Shown: positions 35,382 through 45,526, counted from the stretch's first letter. The stretch is DNA of 51,258 nt from an uncultured Bacilli bacterium (GCA_934091015.1 CAKOKM010000002.1:1-51258), one strand, 5' to 3'. Notes: generated by a model from the sequence alone, not told the origin. Translations and numbers: made by a program.

Positions 35382-35818
35382 ATAGTTTTGATATAATAGA
35401 TGAATATGGATATAAAGAATATGATTATTTAAATGATTTATTTGAGTTTGCATGTAATAAGTTAAAACTTAAGAATGTATATTTTTCAGTAATATTTATT
35501 AATAATGAAGAAATACATAAGATTAATAAAGAGTATAGAGGTATTGATAGACCAACTGATGTTATATCTTTTGCGTTTAATGATAATGGTTCTTTAGATG
35601 GTCCTATTAATATGTTAGGTGAGATATATGTATCAATAGATAGGATGAAAGAACAAGCAGTAGAATATGGTCATAGTGAAAAGAGAGAATTATCATTTTT
35701 ATGTATTCATGGACTTTTACATTTACTTGGTTATGATCATACTTTAGGAGAAAAAGAAGAGAAAGAAATGTTTGATTTACAGAGGGAAATATTAAATGAA
35801 AAAGGTATTATCGATTAA
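35378..35818 (+). CDS. ybeY: rRNA maturation endoribonuclease YbeY
   Basis: Zinc motif HGLLHLLGYDH. Confidence 0.9.
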   Translation: MNSFDIIDEYGYKEYDYLNDLFEFACNKLKLKNVYFSVIFINNEEIHKINKEYRGIDRPTDVISFAFNDNGSLDGPINMLGEIYVSIDRMKEQAVEYGHSEKRELSFLCIHGLLHLLGYDHTLGEKEEKEMFDLQREILNEKGIID

Positions 35819-36179
35819 AAGACTTAGAAAATCATTTGGTTATGCATTTAAAGGGATTGATGACGTTATTAAACATGAACCTAATATGAAAATACATGTT
35901 GGTGTTGCAATATTGGTTGTTATTATGGCATTTATTCTTAAAGTAAGTATTATAGAATGGATTATTTTAGTATTACTAATTGGAGCAGTTTTAGCTGCTG
36001 AAACAATTAATACAACAATTGAAAATTTAGTTGATATGTATACTAAAGAATATGATGAGAAAGCTAAGGTTGTTAAAGATACTGCAGCTGGAACAGTACT
36101 TATACTTGCTATTACTTCAGCGATTATTGGTTTAATAATATTTATACCTAAAATAATATATTTATTGGAGAGTTTATGA
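35796..36179 (+). CDS. dgkA: diacylglycerol/undecaprenol kinase DgkA
   Basis: 127 aa with three TM segments and a conserved AAETINTTIENLVD block. Synteny supports the call. Confidence 0.85.
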   Translation: MKKVLSIKRLRKSFGYAFKGIDDVIKHEPNMKIHVGVAILVVIMAFILKVSIIEWIILVLLIGAVLAAETINTTIENLVDMYTKEYDEKAKVVKDTAAGTVLILAITSAIIGLIIFIPKIIYLLESL

Positions 36180-36556
36180 AAGATAATTTAAAGTTAGTAA
36201 TGAAAAATGCTTATGCTAATATTTCTAATTATAAAGTAGCTTGTATAATTGTTATGCAAAATAATCAAGAAGTTATTGGAGTTAATATTGAAAATAAAGA
36301 TGGTAAAAGTGGAATGTGTGCTGAACAAGTAGCAATTGCTAATGCTTTTAGTGAAGGATTTAGTACAAAAGATTTTAAAGAAATACATGTTATGGGATCA
36401 AGTAAAGGTATTTGTATGCCTTGTTTTATGTGTAGAGAGTTATTACATGAATATTTTTTACCAGATACAAAAGTTTTTTGTTATAATAATAGAGGAAAGT
36501 GTAAGGAATTTAAAATATCAGATATTTGTCCTTATCCATTTAATTTGGAGGATTAA
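36176..36556 (+). CDS. cdd: cytidine deaminase
   Basis: CAE motif (GMCAEQVAI) and the zinc motif CMPCFMCRE. Confidence 0.85.
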   Translation: MKDNLKLVMKNAYANISNYKVACIIVMQNNQEVIGVNIENKDGKSGMCAEQVAIANAFSEGFSTKDFKEIHVMGSSKGICMPCFMCRELLHEYFLPDTKVFCYNNRGKCKEFKISDICPYPFNLED

Positions 36557-36924
36557 TGGTAAGAGAGTTAGAAAGATTATTAAGTAATTGTTATGCTCCT
36601 CATGATAAAGTATATTTTAGTGCGATTGCTAAAATGAAAGATGGAATGGTATTTGGAGGAGTACTTGTTAAAAATGATATTTTTAGAAGTACTATTTATG
36701 CTGAAGAAGCAGCAATTGCAAATGCAGTTAGTCATGGATATAAGAAAAGTGATTTTGATAGTTTGTATGTTATGACTAGTTCTAAAAATTTAAATGATTT
36801 AAAAAATATTAATAAAAATATGATTAGTGAATTTTATGAAAATAATGCTGAAATATTTTTATATGATATTAATAGAAATGAAAGAATAATTAAAGTAGGA
36901 AATTTAATAGATAATATATATTAA
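36556..36924 (+). CDS. cytidine-deaminase-like paralogue lacking the zinc ligands
   Basis: Has IYAEEAAIANAVSHGY where cdd has MCAEQVAIANAFSEGF. No PCxxC motif. TAATG overlap with cdd. Confidence 0.6.
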   Translation: MVRELERLLSNCYAPHDKVYFSAIAKMKDGMVFGGVLVKNDIFRSTIYAEEAAIANAVSHGYKKSDFDSLYVMTSSKNLNDLKNINKNMISEFYENNAEIFLYDINRNERIIKVGNLIDNIY

Positions 36925-36949
36925 AATATAAAACGGAGGATGTGGTAGC

Positions 36950-37831
36950 ATGAAAAGTGGATTTGTCAGTATTGTAGGAAGACCTAATACTGGTAAGAGT
37001 ACATTAATGAATACAGTATTAAAAAAACATATTGCAATAGTTTCTGATGTAGCAGGAACAACTAGAAATGCAATACAAGGTGTTTATAATGATAAAGATA
37101 CACAAATAATATTTGTAGATACACCTGGTATTCATAAACCCCAAGATAAATTAGGAAAGTATTTAAATAAACAAACTTATGAATCTTTAGAAGATATAGA
37201 TGTAATATTATTTGTAGTTGATGCATCTGCTCCTTTAGGAAGAGGAGATACATTTATATCTCAAGCATTTAAGAATAATGATATTCCTGTTATTTTAGTA
37301 TTAAATAAAATAGATAAATTAAATGATGAACAAATATTAAAAGCTATAAATAGTTATAAAGAATTATATGATTTTAGTGATATAGTTCCTATTAGTGCTT
37401 TAAAAGATGATAATGTTGAGAGATTAATTAAAGTTATTAAAGGTTATTTAACAGATGAAATTAAATATTATGATGATGGAACTATTACAAATACTTCTTT
37501 AGAGTTTATGTTGGGAGAATTAGTTAGAGAAAAAGTTCTTAATTTAACAGAAGAAGAAGTACCACATTCAGTTACTTGTGCTGTTACTCATTTAAAAGAT
37601 AAGGGTAACTTAATGGAAGTGTATGTTGATATAATTGTTGAAAGAAATAATTTAAAGAAAATTATTATTGGATCACAAGGATCAATGCTTAAACAAATCG
37701 GTTCTTTAGCTAGACGTGATATGGAAGAATTACTTGGTAAACAAGTTTATTTGGAATTATACGTTAAGACAATTAAAAATTGGAGAGATAAAGAAAGATA
37801 TTTAAGTGAATTGGGATTTAAAGATTTTTAA
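36950..37831 (+). CDS. era: GTPase Era
   Basis: G1 GRPNTGKST, G3 DTPG, G4 NKID and a C-terminal KH domain. Confidence 0.95.
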   Translation: MKSGFVSIVGRPNTGKSTLMNTVLKKHIAIVSDVAGTTRNAIQGVYNDKDTQIIFVDTPGIHKPQDKLGKYLNKQTYESLEDIDVILFVVDASAPLGRGDTFISQAFKNNDIPVILVLNKIDKLNDEQILKAINSYKELYDFSDIVPISALKDDNVERLIKVIKGYLTDEIKYYDDGTITNTSLEFMLGELVREKVLNLTEEEVPHSVTCAVTHLKDKGNLMEVYVDIIVERNNLKKIIIGSQGSMLKQIGSLARRDMEELLGKQVYLELYVKTIKNWRDKERYLSELGFKDF

Positions 37832-37849
37832 AAAGGGAGAATATGAATT

Positions 37850-38923
37850 ATGAAAAGGTATACAAGGGAAGAAAAAATTAAAATAGGTCAAGAAACATTT
37901 TATAGATTAATTGAAACTGAATATGGTGAAAATGTTAAAGAAGAAATAATGAAGAAATATAATATAGGATCATTTCAGATATCAACATTTTTAAATATGT
38001 TTAAAAAACATATAGTTGAACCTAAACCAACAGAAGAAGAAATAATGATATTAGATAAATATTATCAAAAGAGATTGATGAAAAAATATCAAAGTAGTCC
38101 AAATGGTTTAATAAAAGAATATCCTTTAATTAAATTATTATTATCCAATTTAAATGATGAAGAGTTAAATAATGTAATAGAAAGATATAATTTAAGTTAT
38201 ATAAAAAGAACTGTTAATGAATATATAGTTACTCATCCAAATGATAAAGAAGAACTTATAAATATACTATCTAAATTAGATAAGATTAATGAATCTAAAA
38301 AAGAAGAAAGAAAAAATGAAAGAGATAAAGAATTTACTAGTGTTAGAAAAGAATATGTAGTTAATGTAATAAACGAATTTTTAAATAGTAACGATATTTA
38401 TCCTAATTATATATATAGTGAATATAATGTAGATAAAAATACATTTAATGATTGGCTTAAACTTAGTAGTTTAAAAGGTAATGAAGATTTAAAAGAGTTG
38501 TTAAGTAGATATAATAAAGAATTAAAATTAAGAGAAGCTATATTTGTTAATGGACTTAGAAATTTAAATAATTCTATAGTGTTAGGTGATTTAAGTTTAT
38601 TAAATTTTTATCGTAGTACACATATGCCTTTAAATAAATTCAAATTTTTTATGTATTTAGCTAGAAGAAGAGGATTAATTGATAATGAAACTTTTGTTAC
38701 ATTAGATAATTATATTAAAAGAATAGAATTTGGTTCATATCAATATAATTCTTTGGAAGAATTAAAAGAAAGCTTAAATTATAATTATAATGGAGTACAG
38801 TTATCACCAAATATGATTGATCAAATATGTGTTGAACTTAATGAAGAAGATATTCCAATAAATAGAAATACTATAATTAGTTTATTTCAAGAAGAAATTA
38901 ATAAAAAATTGAATAAAAAATAA
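37850..38923 (+). CDS. hypothetical protein (K/E/N-rich, helical)
   Basis: 357-aa ORF with RBS AGGGAGAA. It lies between era and yqzL-recO, where Bacillus has no gene. Confidence 0.55.
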   Translation: MKRYTREEKIKIGQETFYRLIETEYGENVKEEIMKKYNIGSFQISTFLNMFKKHIVEPKPTEEEIMILDKYYQKRLMKKYQSSPNGLIKEYPLIKLLLSNLNDEELNNVIERYNLSYIKRTVNEYIVTHPNDKEELINILSKLDKINESKKEERKNERDKEFTSVRKEYVVNVINEFLNSNDIYPNYIYSEYNVDKNTFNDWLKLSSLKGNEDLKELLSRYNKELKLREAIFVNGLRNLNNSIVLGDLSLLNFYRSTHMPLNKFKFFMYLARRRGLIDNETFVTLDNYIKRIEFGSYQYNSLEELKESLNYNYNGVQLSPNMIDQICVELNEEDIPINRNTIISLFQEEINKKLNKK

Positions 38924-38963
38924 TTTATGCTCCCAATATAATTATAGAAAGGGAGCATAAATT

Positions 38964-39041
38964 ATGACTAAACAAGAAGCTTGGGATAAATTTAAAGAAA
39001 CAGGCGAAATTAAATATTATATGATATATAAAAGAGGTTAG
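38964..39041 (+). CDS. yqzL: YqzL-like small protein (25 aa)
   Basis: MTKQEAWDKFKETGEIKYYMIYKRG fits the W..F..TG.I..Y.LYK pattern of YqzL. RBS GGGAG. It sits between era and recO as in Bacillus. Not in the ORF track. Confidence 0.6.
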   Translation: MTKQEAWDKFKETGEIKYYMIYKRG

Positions 39042-39047
39042 ATTTAA

Positions 39048-39770
39048 ATGTTAAAAAAAGTGGAAGGAATTATAGTTAGTAGTGTTAATTATGGAGAAAC
39101 TAGTAAAATTATTAATATATTAACTAAAGATGGTATGATTGGTGCTATTGCTAAAGGTGCTAAAAATATTAAAAGTCCTCTACGAAGTTTTACAATAAAT
39201 TTAACGTATGGTTCTTTTTATATTTATTATAATGATAATAAATTAAGTACTTTAAAAAGTGTAGATATAATAAATGAATTTAAAACAATAAAAAAAGATA
39301 TAGTCTTAATTAGTTATATGTCTTTTTTACTTGATTTAACAACTCAAGTAATGAAACAAAATAATGATGAAGAAATATATAATTTATTAATAAATACTTT
39401 ATATAAAATAAATGATGGATTAAATCCAATGGTTATGACTAATATTTTAGAACTTAAATATTTGGATTATTTAGGAGTTGGATTTAGTTTTAATAATTGT
39501 TGTAAATGTGGTAAAAGTTCTAATATAATTACTATAGATCCTGATGAAGGTGGATATATTTGTAAGAATTGTTATACTAATGAAATTATTTATGATAGTA
39601 AAACATTAAAGATGCTTAGAATGTATTATTTAGTTAATATAGATTCTATAAGTGAATTAAAAATAAAAGAAGATATAATTAAAAATATTAATTATTTTGT
39701 TAATACTTATTATGATAGATATACAGGATTGTATTTAAAGAGTAAGAAATTTTTAAATGAGTTAATATGA
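39048..39770 (+). CDS. recO: DNA repair protein RecO
   Basis: N-terminal OB-fold region and a 4-Cys zinc motif (CCKCG...CKNC). Synteny supports the call. Confidence 0.85.
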   Translation: MLKKVEGIIVSSVNYGETSKIINILTKDGMIGAIAKGAKNIKSPLRSFTINLTYGSFYIYYNDNKLSTLKSVDIINEFKTIKKDIVLISYMSFLLDLTTQVMKQNNDEEIYNLLINTLYKINDGLNPMVMTNILELKYLDYLGVGFSFNNCCKCGKSSNIITIDPDEGGYICKNCYTNEIIYDSKTLKMLRMYYLVNIDSISELKIKEDIIKNINYFVNTYYDRYTGLYLKSKKFLNELI

Positions 39771-39852
39771 TAAATCAGTAGAAATACTGATTTTTATATT
39801 GAATTATTTTTAAATATTTTATAGAATTAATATAGAAGGTAGGAAGATACTT

Positions 39853-42800
39853 ATGAGTAAGAAAAAGAAATTATTTAGTGCGGTTGTACTAACTATAGGA
39901 TTATTTATAGTTTTATTAGGAAGTATGATTAGCTCTAATAATTATAAAAATACAAATGTAAGTGATAATGAAAATAATGAAATAGCAGCTGGTACTGGTT
40001 GTATTAGTGTTATTAATAAAAATAGCGGCACTTACTCAATTACAGGAAGTGGCCTTGATATTATTAATTGTTGCACTAATAAAAAAGGATGCAAATATTA
40101 TGTTTCTGTAAGTAATGGAAGTTATTTTGGATTAAATGGAAAATGTACTACAAATCAAGGAACAGATACACGTTCATCAACAATCTTTCCTAGTTCAGCA
40201 GGTTTAACATTTACTGTTTGTGGACCAACAACTGTAGCTAGCAGGTATATTTCTGCATATACAAATGGAAATGTAATTGTTAAATGTTCGGGAAGTGGTT
40301 GTGAAAGTTATACTTCTAATAAATGTAATGTTGGAAAGGGAAATTGTACGTTTACTGGAACACCAAATTCTGGATACAATGTAAGTAGTAGTAGCAGTTG
40401 TACAAATCCACAATCCACACTTAGTTATACTGTTAATTCTAAAAATACTAGTAATGTTTATTTTTATTCATGTGCAAAACAAACAGCTACTACTAAAGCA
40501 AAATCTGTTTATGCTAAGAATCGTAGCGGAAATGATAAGCTAAATGTTACATGCTATAGTTCTGCTGGAGCATGTGTAAATAGTTCGACATGTAATGTTT
40601 CAAAAGGACTATGCACTTTTACGGCAACTGCACAATCTAATTATAATGTAAGTCGAAATTCTGATTGTTCTTATAAACAAACTAAATTAGAAGATTCAGT
40701 TTCAATTGGATCTAGTGATATTAACTATTATGCTTGTCCAGTAAATAATCAAAGTGGAGGCACAACATCAACTTGTAAAATAAATTTAAACGTAAATAGT
40801 GGTGAAACATACTCCATTTTTGATGGTGGTGAATTTAAATTTTCAACTGGAAAATCAACAAGTTATGATTGTAAATCACAAAATTGTTATGCACAAATTA
40901 CTTCATACTCCGATTCAAATAAATATAAAGGTTTAGCTGGAGATGGAGATTGTTCAACTGGTGTTAGAACAACAGGAACGAGAGTGGATTGTACAAATAA
41001 TTCTGTTAGTGTAAAAGCATGCTATGATAGTCCAAAAAATAATCAATTAATAATAAGATCAATAAATGGTGGCGTAGCACGTATATCGAAGATTACGTCC
41101 GGTGAAGGTACAATAGAGCCAGGAGGACAAACAGCTGAATGTACACAGGAACCATGTGAATTTCTTGTTATTGCAGAAGAAAATTATGGATTTGGATATG
41201 GTTTAAATGGTTCGACCTGTACTAATAATTTACGAGAAGGAACTGTTACTGTATCAAAAAGTGATACTGTTATATATGTGTGCCCAAAAAATTCTGGTAG
41301 TTCATCAGGAGGAACATATACACCTATACCCGAACCGTCGGTAGAAGATAATAAAACAGTAACTAAAAAGCAATTTTTCTATGCAAATGGAACTCAATAT
41401 CAAGGTAATTCAATAAAATGTGGAGATAAAGTATATGTAACAACATGTACTGCAGGAGATAATGCAATATGTAATGTAACATCAATAAATTCAACATCAG
41501 TAAGTACAACAACACAAATATATGAAAAAGATTTAGTAACAAACTTACAAGATACAGGATGTTATCAAAAAATCGAAAGATATATAACAGAAAAAACAAA
41601 TTACTATTCAAATAGAGAATTAAGCAAAAATGCAACTGAAATAGGATGTGGATCAGTAATAACATTCAAACAAGAGATAAAAAATGCATGTGTAAATAAG
41701 TCATGTGAAGTAGAATATAATGGTAAAATAGTATATATAAATATAGATTATATAACAAGTGATAAACCTGCATGTCAAAATCAAAATACTAGTGGTGGAA
41801 ATACAGGAGGAAGTACAAGCAGTGATACAAACACATGTGTAACTTCTAAAAGTTTAACAGGAGTAAAAGGAGAAGTAACAGTATCAATATGTAAAAAAGA
41901 TGATACAGAAGATACAAAAAATAAGATAGTAACATGTGCAGAAGATTATACATATCAATATAGATTAACAAAAGATACATGTAAAGATAGTAATTCGGAA
42001 AATTGTTATAAAGAATATATATATACATGTAATTATATAAAAAGACCAGGAATAAATGCATCAGCAGGAACAATAAAATCAAATGGTAAAGGAACAATAA
42101 CAGTAACAGGAATGCCATATGGAAATATTGGAATCTTAGGATATCATGTATCAAATGGAGAAGAACCAACAGTAAATTCAGGATGGAGTACATTTAATGC
42201 TATAAATAATACATTTAGTATTGAAAGATCAGCCGGAACATATTTCATATGGGCAATAAATAATAAACGTAGAATTAGTTATCCGGTCTTAGCAAAAGTA
42301 TATGATTCCGATTTAAGTACAACATTATCATCATTTAGTTTAAAAGATGAAAACGGAAATAATATAAATGTAACTATGAATTCATTAGATAACACAGTTG
42401 GATATAATGAACCAGTTAAAGATTCAAATTATGCATTGCTAACAAATAATTTATTAGCAGATTCAATAGGTGGATTTGATAAATTAACAACATCATATGA
42501 ATTATCAGTAACATCAAATAAAATAGCCATTTATGCAACCTTAACAAGTAATGATGCATCATATGTATCAGGATATGAACCAAGAACGATAGATTTAGAA
42601 TACGGAAGAAATGTAGCTCTAATAAAAATAGTTAATAAAAATGGAAAAGAAAGATGTTATACATTTATAATAAATAGAGTAGATGATCGAAATAGTTCTA
42701 ATTTACTTAAAAATATAAAATTAAGTAGAGGAAGTATTGATTTTGATCCATATACAACAAATTATGATGTAAAGATAAGTAGATTTACTAAAAAAGTAAG

Positions 42801-43614
42801 TATAAATGCTGAATTAGATAGTAGTACATCAACATTTATCTCAGGATATGAACCAAGAGAGGTAGAGATAACAGAAGATAGACAATCAGTAGTACTTAAA
42901 GTAATAAGTGAGGCAGGAAGTATCAGAAGTTATGTAATAACCTTTACAAGAAATGGTGAAGAAAAAGATAATGTAAATAGTACATATTTAAGTAGTTTAA
43001 CAGTACCGGGAACAATGCTTGGATTTGATAAAGAAACATATGATTATACAATAACAGTGCCATATGAAACCGAAGATATTCCAGTATATGCCTTTGCTGA
43101 AGATGAAAATGCGACAGTAAATGTAGGAAATAATACCGGATTAAAAGTAGGAAATAATCTAATTCAAATAGAAGTAAAAAATAATAATAAAACAAGAATC
43201 TATAGTTTACATGTAATAAGAAAAGAAAGTGGATTAGATATATCAAATTCAGCAAGATTAGGAACACTTAGTATAAAGAATTATAATATAGAATTTAATC
43301 CAGATAAGTTAGATTATGAAGTAAAAATAAAAAGAGAAAAGACATTATTAATAAGTGCAACACCTGAATCAAATAGAGCAGATATCTATATGTATGGAAA
43401 TAATGATTTAACCGGATTTAGTACAGTAAGAGTAAAAGTAATAGCTGAGAATGGATTAACAAATATATATTCAATAGATATTCAAAAAGATGCATATAAT
43501 AAGAAAATTGAGATAATTGCAAGTGTAGCAGGAGTTAGTACTGTAATAATAGTTGGAGTTATAGTTTACCTTAAAAATAAACATAACAAGAGAAAAGAAT
43601 ATTTAGAAGGATGA
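39853..43614 (+). CDS. large surface protein: Cys-rich N-terminal repeats, four cadherin-like beta-sandwich repeats, C-terminal TM anchor
   Basis: Signal/anchor at the N-terminus and repeated C..G.CTFT.T...YNVS modules. Four repeats of about 90 aa end in IYS(L/I).(V/I). The C-terminus is a TM segment followed by a KNKHNKRK tail. Confidence 0.8.
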   Translation: MSKKKKLFSAVVLTIGLFIVLLGSMISSNNYKNTNVSDNENNEIAAGTGCISVINKNSGTYSITGSGLDIINCCTNKKGCKYYVSVSNGSYFGLNGKCTTNQGTDTRSSTIFPSSAGLTFTVCGPTTVASRYISAYTNGNVIVKCSGSGCESYTSNKCNVGKGNCTFTGTPNSGYNVSSSSSCTNPQSTLSYTVNSKNTSNVYFYSCAKQTATTKAKSVYAKNRSGNDKLNVTCYSSAGACVNSSTCNVSKGLCTFTATAQSNYNVSRNSDCSYKQTKLEDSVSIGSSDINYYACPVNNQSGGTTSTCKINLNVNSGETYSIFDGGEFKFSTGKSTSYDCKSQNCYAQITSYSDSNKYKGLAGDGDCSTGVRTTGTRVDCTNNSVSVKACYDSPKNNQLIIRSINGGVARISKITSGEGTIEPGGQTAECTQEPCEFLVIAEENYGFGYGLNGSTCTNNLREGTVTVSKSDTVIYVCPKNSGSSSGGTYTPIPEPSVEDNKTVTKKQFFYANGTQYQGNSIKCGDKVYVTTCTAGDNAICNVTSINSTSVSTTTQIYEKDLVTNLQDTGCYQKIERYITEKTNYYSNRELSKNATEIGCGSVITFKQEIKNACVNKSCEVEYNGKIVYINIDYITSDKPACQNQNTSGGNTGGSTSSDTNTCVTSKSLTGVKGEVTVSICKKDDTEDTKNKIVTCAEDYTYQYRLTKDTCKDSNSENCYKEYIYTCNYIKRPGINASAGTIKSNGKGTITVTGMPYGNIGILGYHVSNGEEPTVNSGWSTFNAINNTFSIERSAGTYFIWAINNKRRISYPVLAKVYDSDLSTTLSSFSLKDENGNNINVTMNSLDNTVGYNEPVKDSNYALLTNNLLADSIGGFDKLTTSYELSVTSNKIAIYATLTSNDASYVSGYEPRTIDLEYGRNVALIKIVNKNGKERCYTFIINRVDDRNSSNLLKNIKLSRGSIDFDPYTTNYDVKISRFTKKVSINAELDSSTSTFISGYEPREVEITEDRQSVVLKVISEAGSIRSYVITFTRNGEEKDNVNSTYLSSLTVPGTMLGFDKETYDYTITVPYETEDIPVYAFAEDENATVNVGNNTGLKVGNNLIQIEVKNNNKTRIYSLHVIRKESGLDISNSARLGTLSIKNYNIEFNPDKLDYEVKIKREKTLLISATPESNRADIYMYGNNDLTGFSTVRVKVIAENGLTNIYSIDIQKDAYNKKIEIIASVAGVSTVIIVGVIVYLKNKHNKRKEYLEG

Positions 43615-43630
43615 TAATTCATCCTTTTTA
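43608..43630 (+). terminator. rho-independent terminator
   Basis: AGGATGA-taat-TCATCCT followed by TTTT; the stem overlaps the stop codon. Confidence 0.7.
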
Positions 43631-43655
43631 AGTATTAAATAAGGAGTATAAATTT

Positions 43656-44738
43656 ATGAAACATATGTATATTCATATACCTTTTTGTAAGAAAATATGT
43701 TCTTATTGTGATTTTTGTAAAATGTTTTATAATCATAAATTTATTGATAAATATTTAGATGAATTAAATAATGAAATTACAAATTATTATAATGGAGAAG
43801 AAATGGAGACCATTTATATTGGAGGAGGAACTCCTTCTTCTTTAAGTTATGATGAATTAAATAAATTATTTAAGATATTAAGTGTAATTAAAGTATCTAG
43901 TAATTATGAATATAGTTTTGAATGTAATCCGGATGATATAACTGAAGAATTAATTGATATTCTTATTAAAAATAAAGTTAATAGAATAAGTATTGGGATT
44001 GAATCTTTTGATATAGATAATTTGGGATTTATGGAAAGAAATGTTAATTTTAAAGATATTCAAAATAAAATGAATATGATAAGAAGTAAAGGCATAGATA
44101 ACATTAATTTAGATTTAATTTATGGTATTCCAGGGGAAAATATTAAGACTTTAGAAAAAGATCTTAAGCTTATGGTTAAATTAAAACCTAAACATATTAG
44201 TACTTATTCATTACAAATTGAAGAACATACTAAAATTTATAATGAAGGTATTAATCCGATTGATGAAGATCTTGATTCTAAAATGTATTTTACAATTATT
44301 AAATATTTAAAGAAAAAAGGATATAATCATTATGAAATTAGTAATTTTTCATTAAAGGGATATGAATCTAAACATAATTTAAGTTATTGGAATAATGAAG
44401 AATATTATGGATTCGGGTTAGGAGCATCTGGTTATATTGATGGTTTTAGGTATGATAATACACGTAATTTAAATAAATATTTAAGTGGTGATTATCATAA
44501 TTATGAAAATTTACTTGGTAATGATGATAAAATGTATGATGAAGTAATGCTTGGATTAAGAAAAACTAAAGGTATTAATTTAAAAGATTTTGAGAATAAA
44601 TATGGCGTTAAGTTTGAAGATAAATATGATATTAAAGATTTAGTTAAAAATAAAGAATTAATTATAAAAAAAGGATATTTATATGTTAATCCGAAATATT
44701 TATATATAATTAATGATATATTAGTAAAGATTTTGTAG
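43656..44738 (+). CDS. hemW: radical SAM heme chaperone HemW (HemN-like)
   Basis: CxxxCxxC motif (CKKICSYCDFC), GGGTP and an HemN C-terminal-like region. Confidence 0.85.
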   Translation: MKHMYIHIPFCKKICSYCDFCKMFYNHKFIDKYLDELNNEITNYYNGEEMETIYIGGGTPSSLSYDELNKLFKILSVIKVSSNYEYSFECNPDDITEELIDILIKNKVNRISIGIESFDIDNLGFMERNVNFKDIQNKMNMIRSKGIDNINLDLIYGIPGENIKTLEKDLKLMVKLKPKHISTYSLQIEEHTKIYNEGINPIDEDLDSKMYFTIIKYLKKKGYNHYEISNFSLKGYESKHNLSYWNNEEYYGFGLGASGYIDGFRYDNTRNLNKYLSGDYHNYENLLGNDDKMYDEVMLGLRKTKGINLKDFENKYGVKFEDKYDIKDLVKNKELIIKKGYLYVNPKYLYIINDILVKIL

Positions 44739-44748
44739 GTGAATAATT

Positions 44749-45195
44749 ATGTATGAAAATTATTATATAGGAAAAATAGTTTATATTAAAGATATTGTTT
44801 TTACAGATGGGAGTACAAATAAATTAGATCATGCCTATAAAAAAGGCAGACCTTGTTTACTTATCTATAGTGATGATGAGTATGATTATTTTTTAACTAT
44901 TTCATCTGAAATAAAAACTAAAAGTTATACGTTTGAATACTATAAATTATGCCCTGATGATTTTATGTATTTATATGAATATACTGGTGTAGATGCCAAA
45001 AAAGATGCTAGTTATGCACATGGATATGTTAATATAAGAAATATTTATAAAAAAAGAGTAAGTGGTTTTGGTGTGAATGATTCAGGAAAAATAAAATTAG
45101 AAGCTTATAAAGCAATTATTGATAAGTTAAAGTATTTACATAATAATGAAAATATGAATGAAATAGTTAATGATGCAAGAGTAATTGGAAGATAA
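44749..45195 (+). CDS. hypothetical protein with a possible PemK/MazF-like N-terminal fold
   Basis: GKIVYIKDIVF..G.......KKGRPCLLIYSDD....FLTISS resembles the G.(I/V)....(L/F)..G.E...RP.(L/V)(V/I) pattern of MazF. This is a weak, by-eye match. Confidence 0.5.
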   Translation: MYENYYIGKIVYIKDIVFTDGSTNKLDHAYKKGRPCLLIYSDDEYDYFLTISSEIKTKSYTFEYYKLCPDDFMYLYEYTGVDAKKDASYAHGYVNIRNIYKKRVSGFGVNDSGKIKLEAYKAIIDKLKYLHNNENMNEIVNDARVIGR

Positions 45196-45227
45196 AATTA
45201 ATGTCAAATAAAATTTCTTGTTATATC

Positions 45228-45256
45228 TTGCTAATAATAATAAAATTTGCTAGAAT
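45228..45256 (+). promoter_or_regulatory. promoter of sRNA (type I TA-like locus 2)
   Basis: TTGCTA, 17 nt, then TGcTAGAAT. Confidence 0.6.
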
Positions 45257-45261
45257 GAATA

Positions 45262-45368
45262 TGTAAGGAAAACTTACATAAAATAAAAAAGGAACATTTA
45301 ATTTGGATGTTAAGTGATTACCTTTTGTAAAGTTTCACAAAACCCCCTGTTTATGGTGGTTTTTATTT
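45262..45368 (+). ncRNA. candidate antisense sRNA, locus 2
   Basis: Same 5' hairpin ATGTAAG-gaaaa-CTTACAT as locus 1. The terminator AACCCCC-tgtttat-GGTGGTT plus T-run abuts and overlaps the peptide stop codon. Confidence 0.5.
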
Positions 45369-45458
45369 TAACACAATCATTTTAATAATAATGTAGAATA
45401 AAATAAAAATAATTATAAATAAATTAAATATTATAAAATATAATAATCTTTTATTCAC
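45363..45458 (-). CDS. 31-aa hydrophobic peptide, type I toxin-like (MNKRLLYFIIFNLFIIIFILFYIIIKMIVLK)
   Basis: GTG start 6 nt after GAGGTG. An anti-SD (ACCTCT) lies in the 5' UTR. Not in the ORF track. Confidence 0.5.
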   Translation of the reverse strand: MNKRLLYFIIFNLFIIIFILFYIIIKMIVLK

Positions 45459-45526
45459 AATCATCACCTCTTTCTATTGCTAGAGTAGAGGTAATCACCT
45501 AAACAATTAAATGTTCCTTAAGGAAT

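Noticed and set aside
36336-36587. Plus-strand 83-aa ORF, together with minus-strand 36194-36388, inside cdd.
   Set aside because: These are out-of-frame overlaps of a gene with clear cytidine deaminase motifs.
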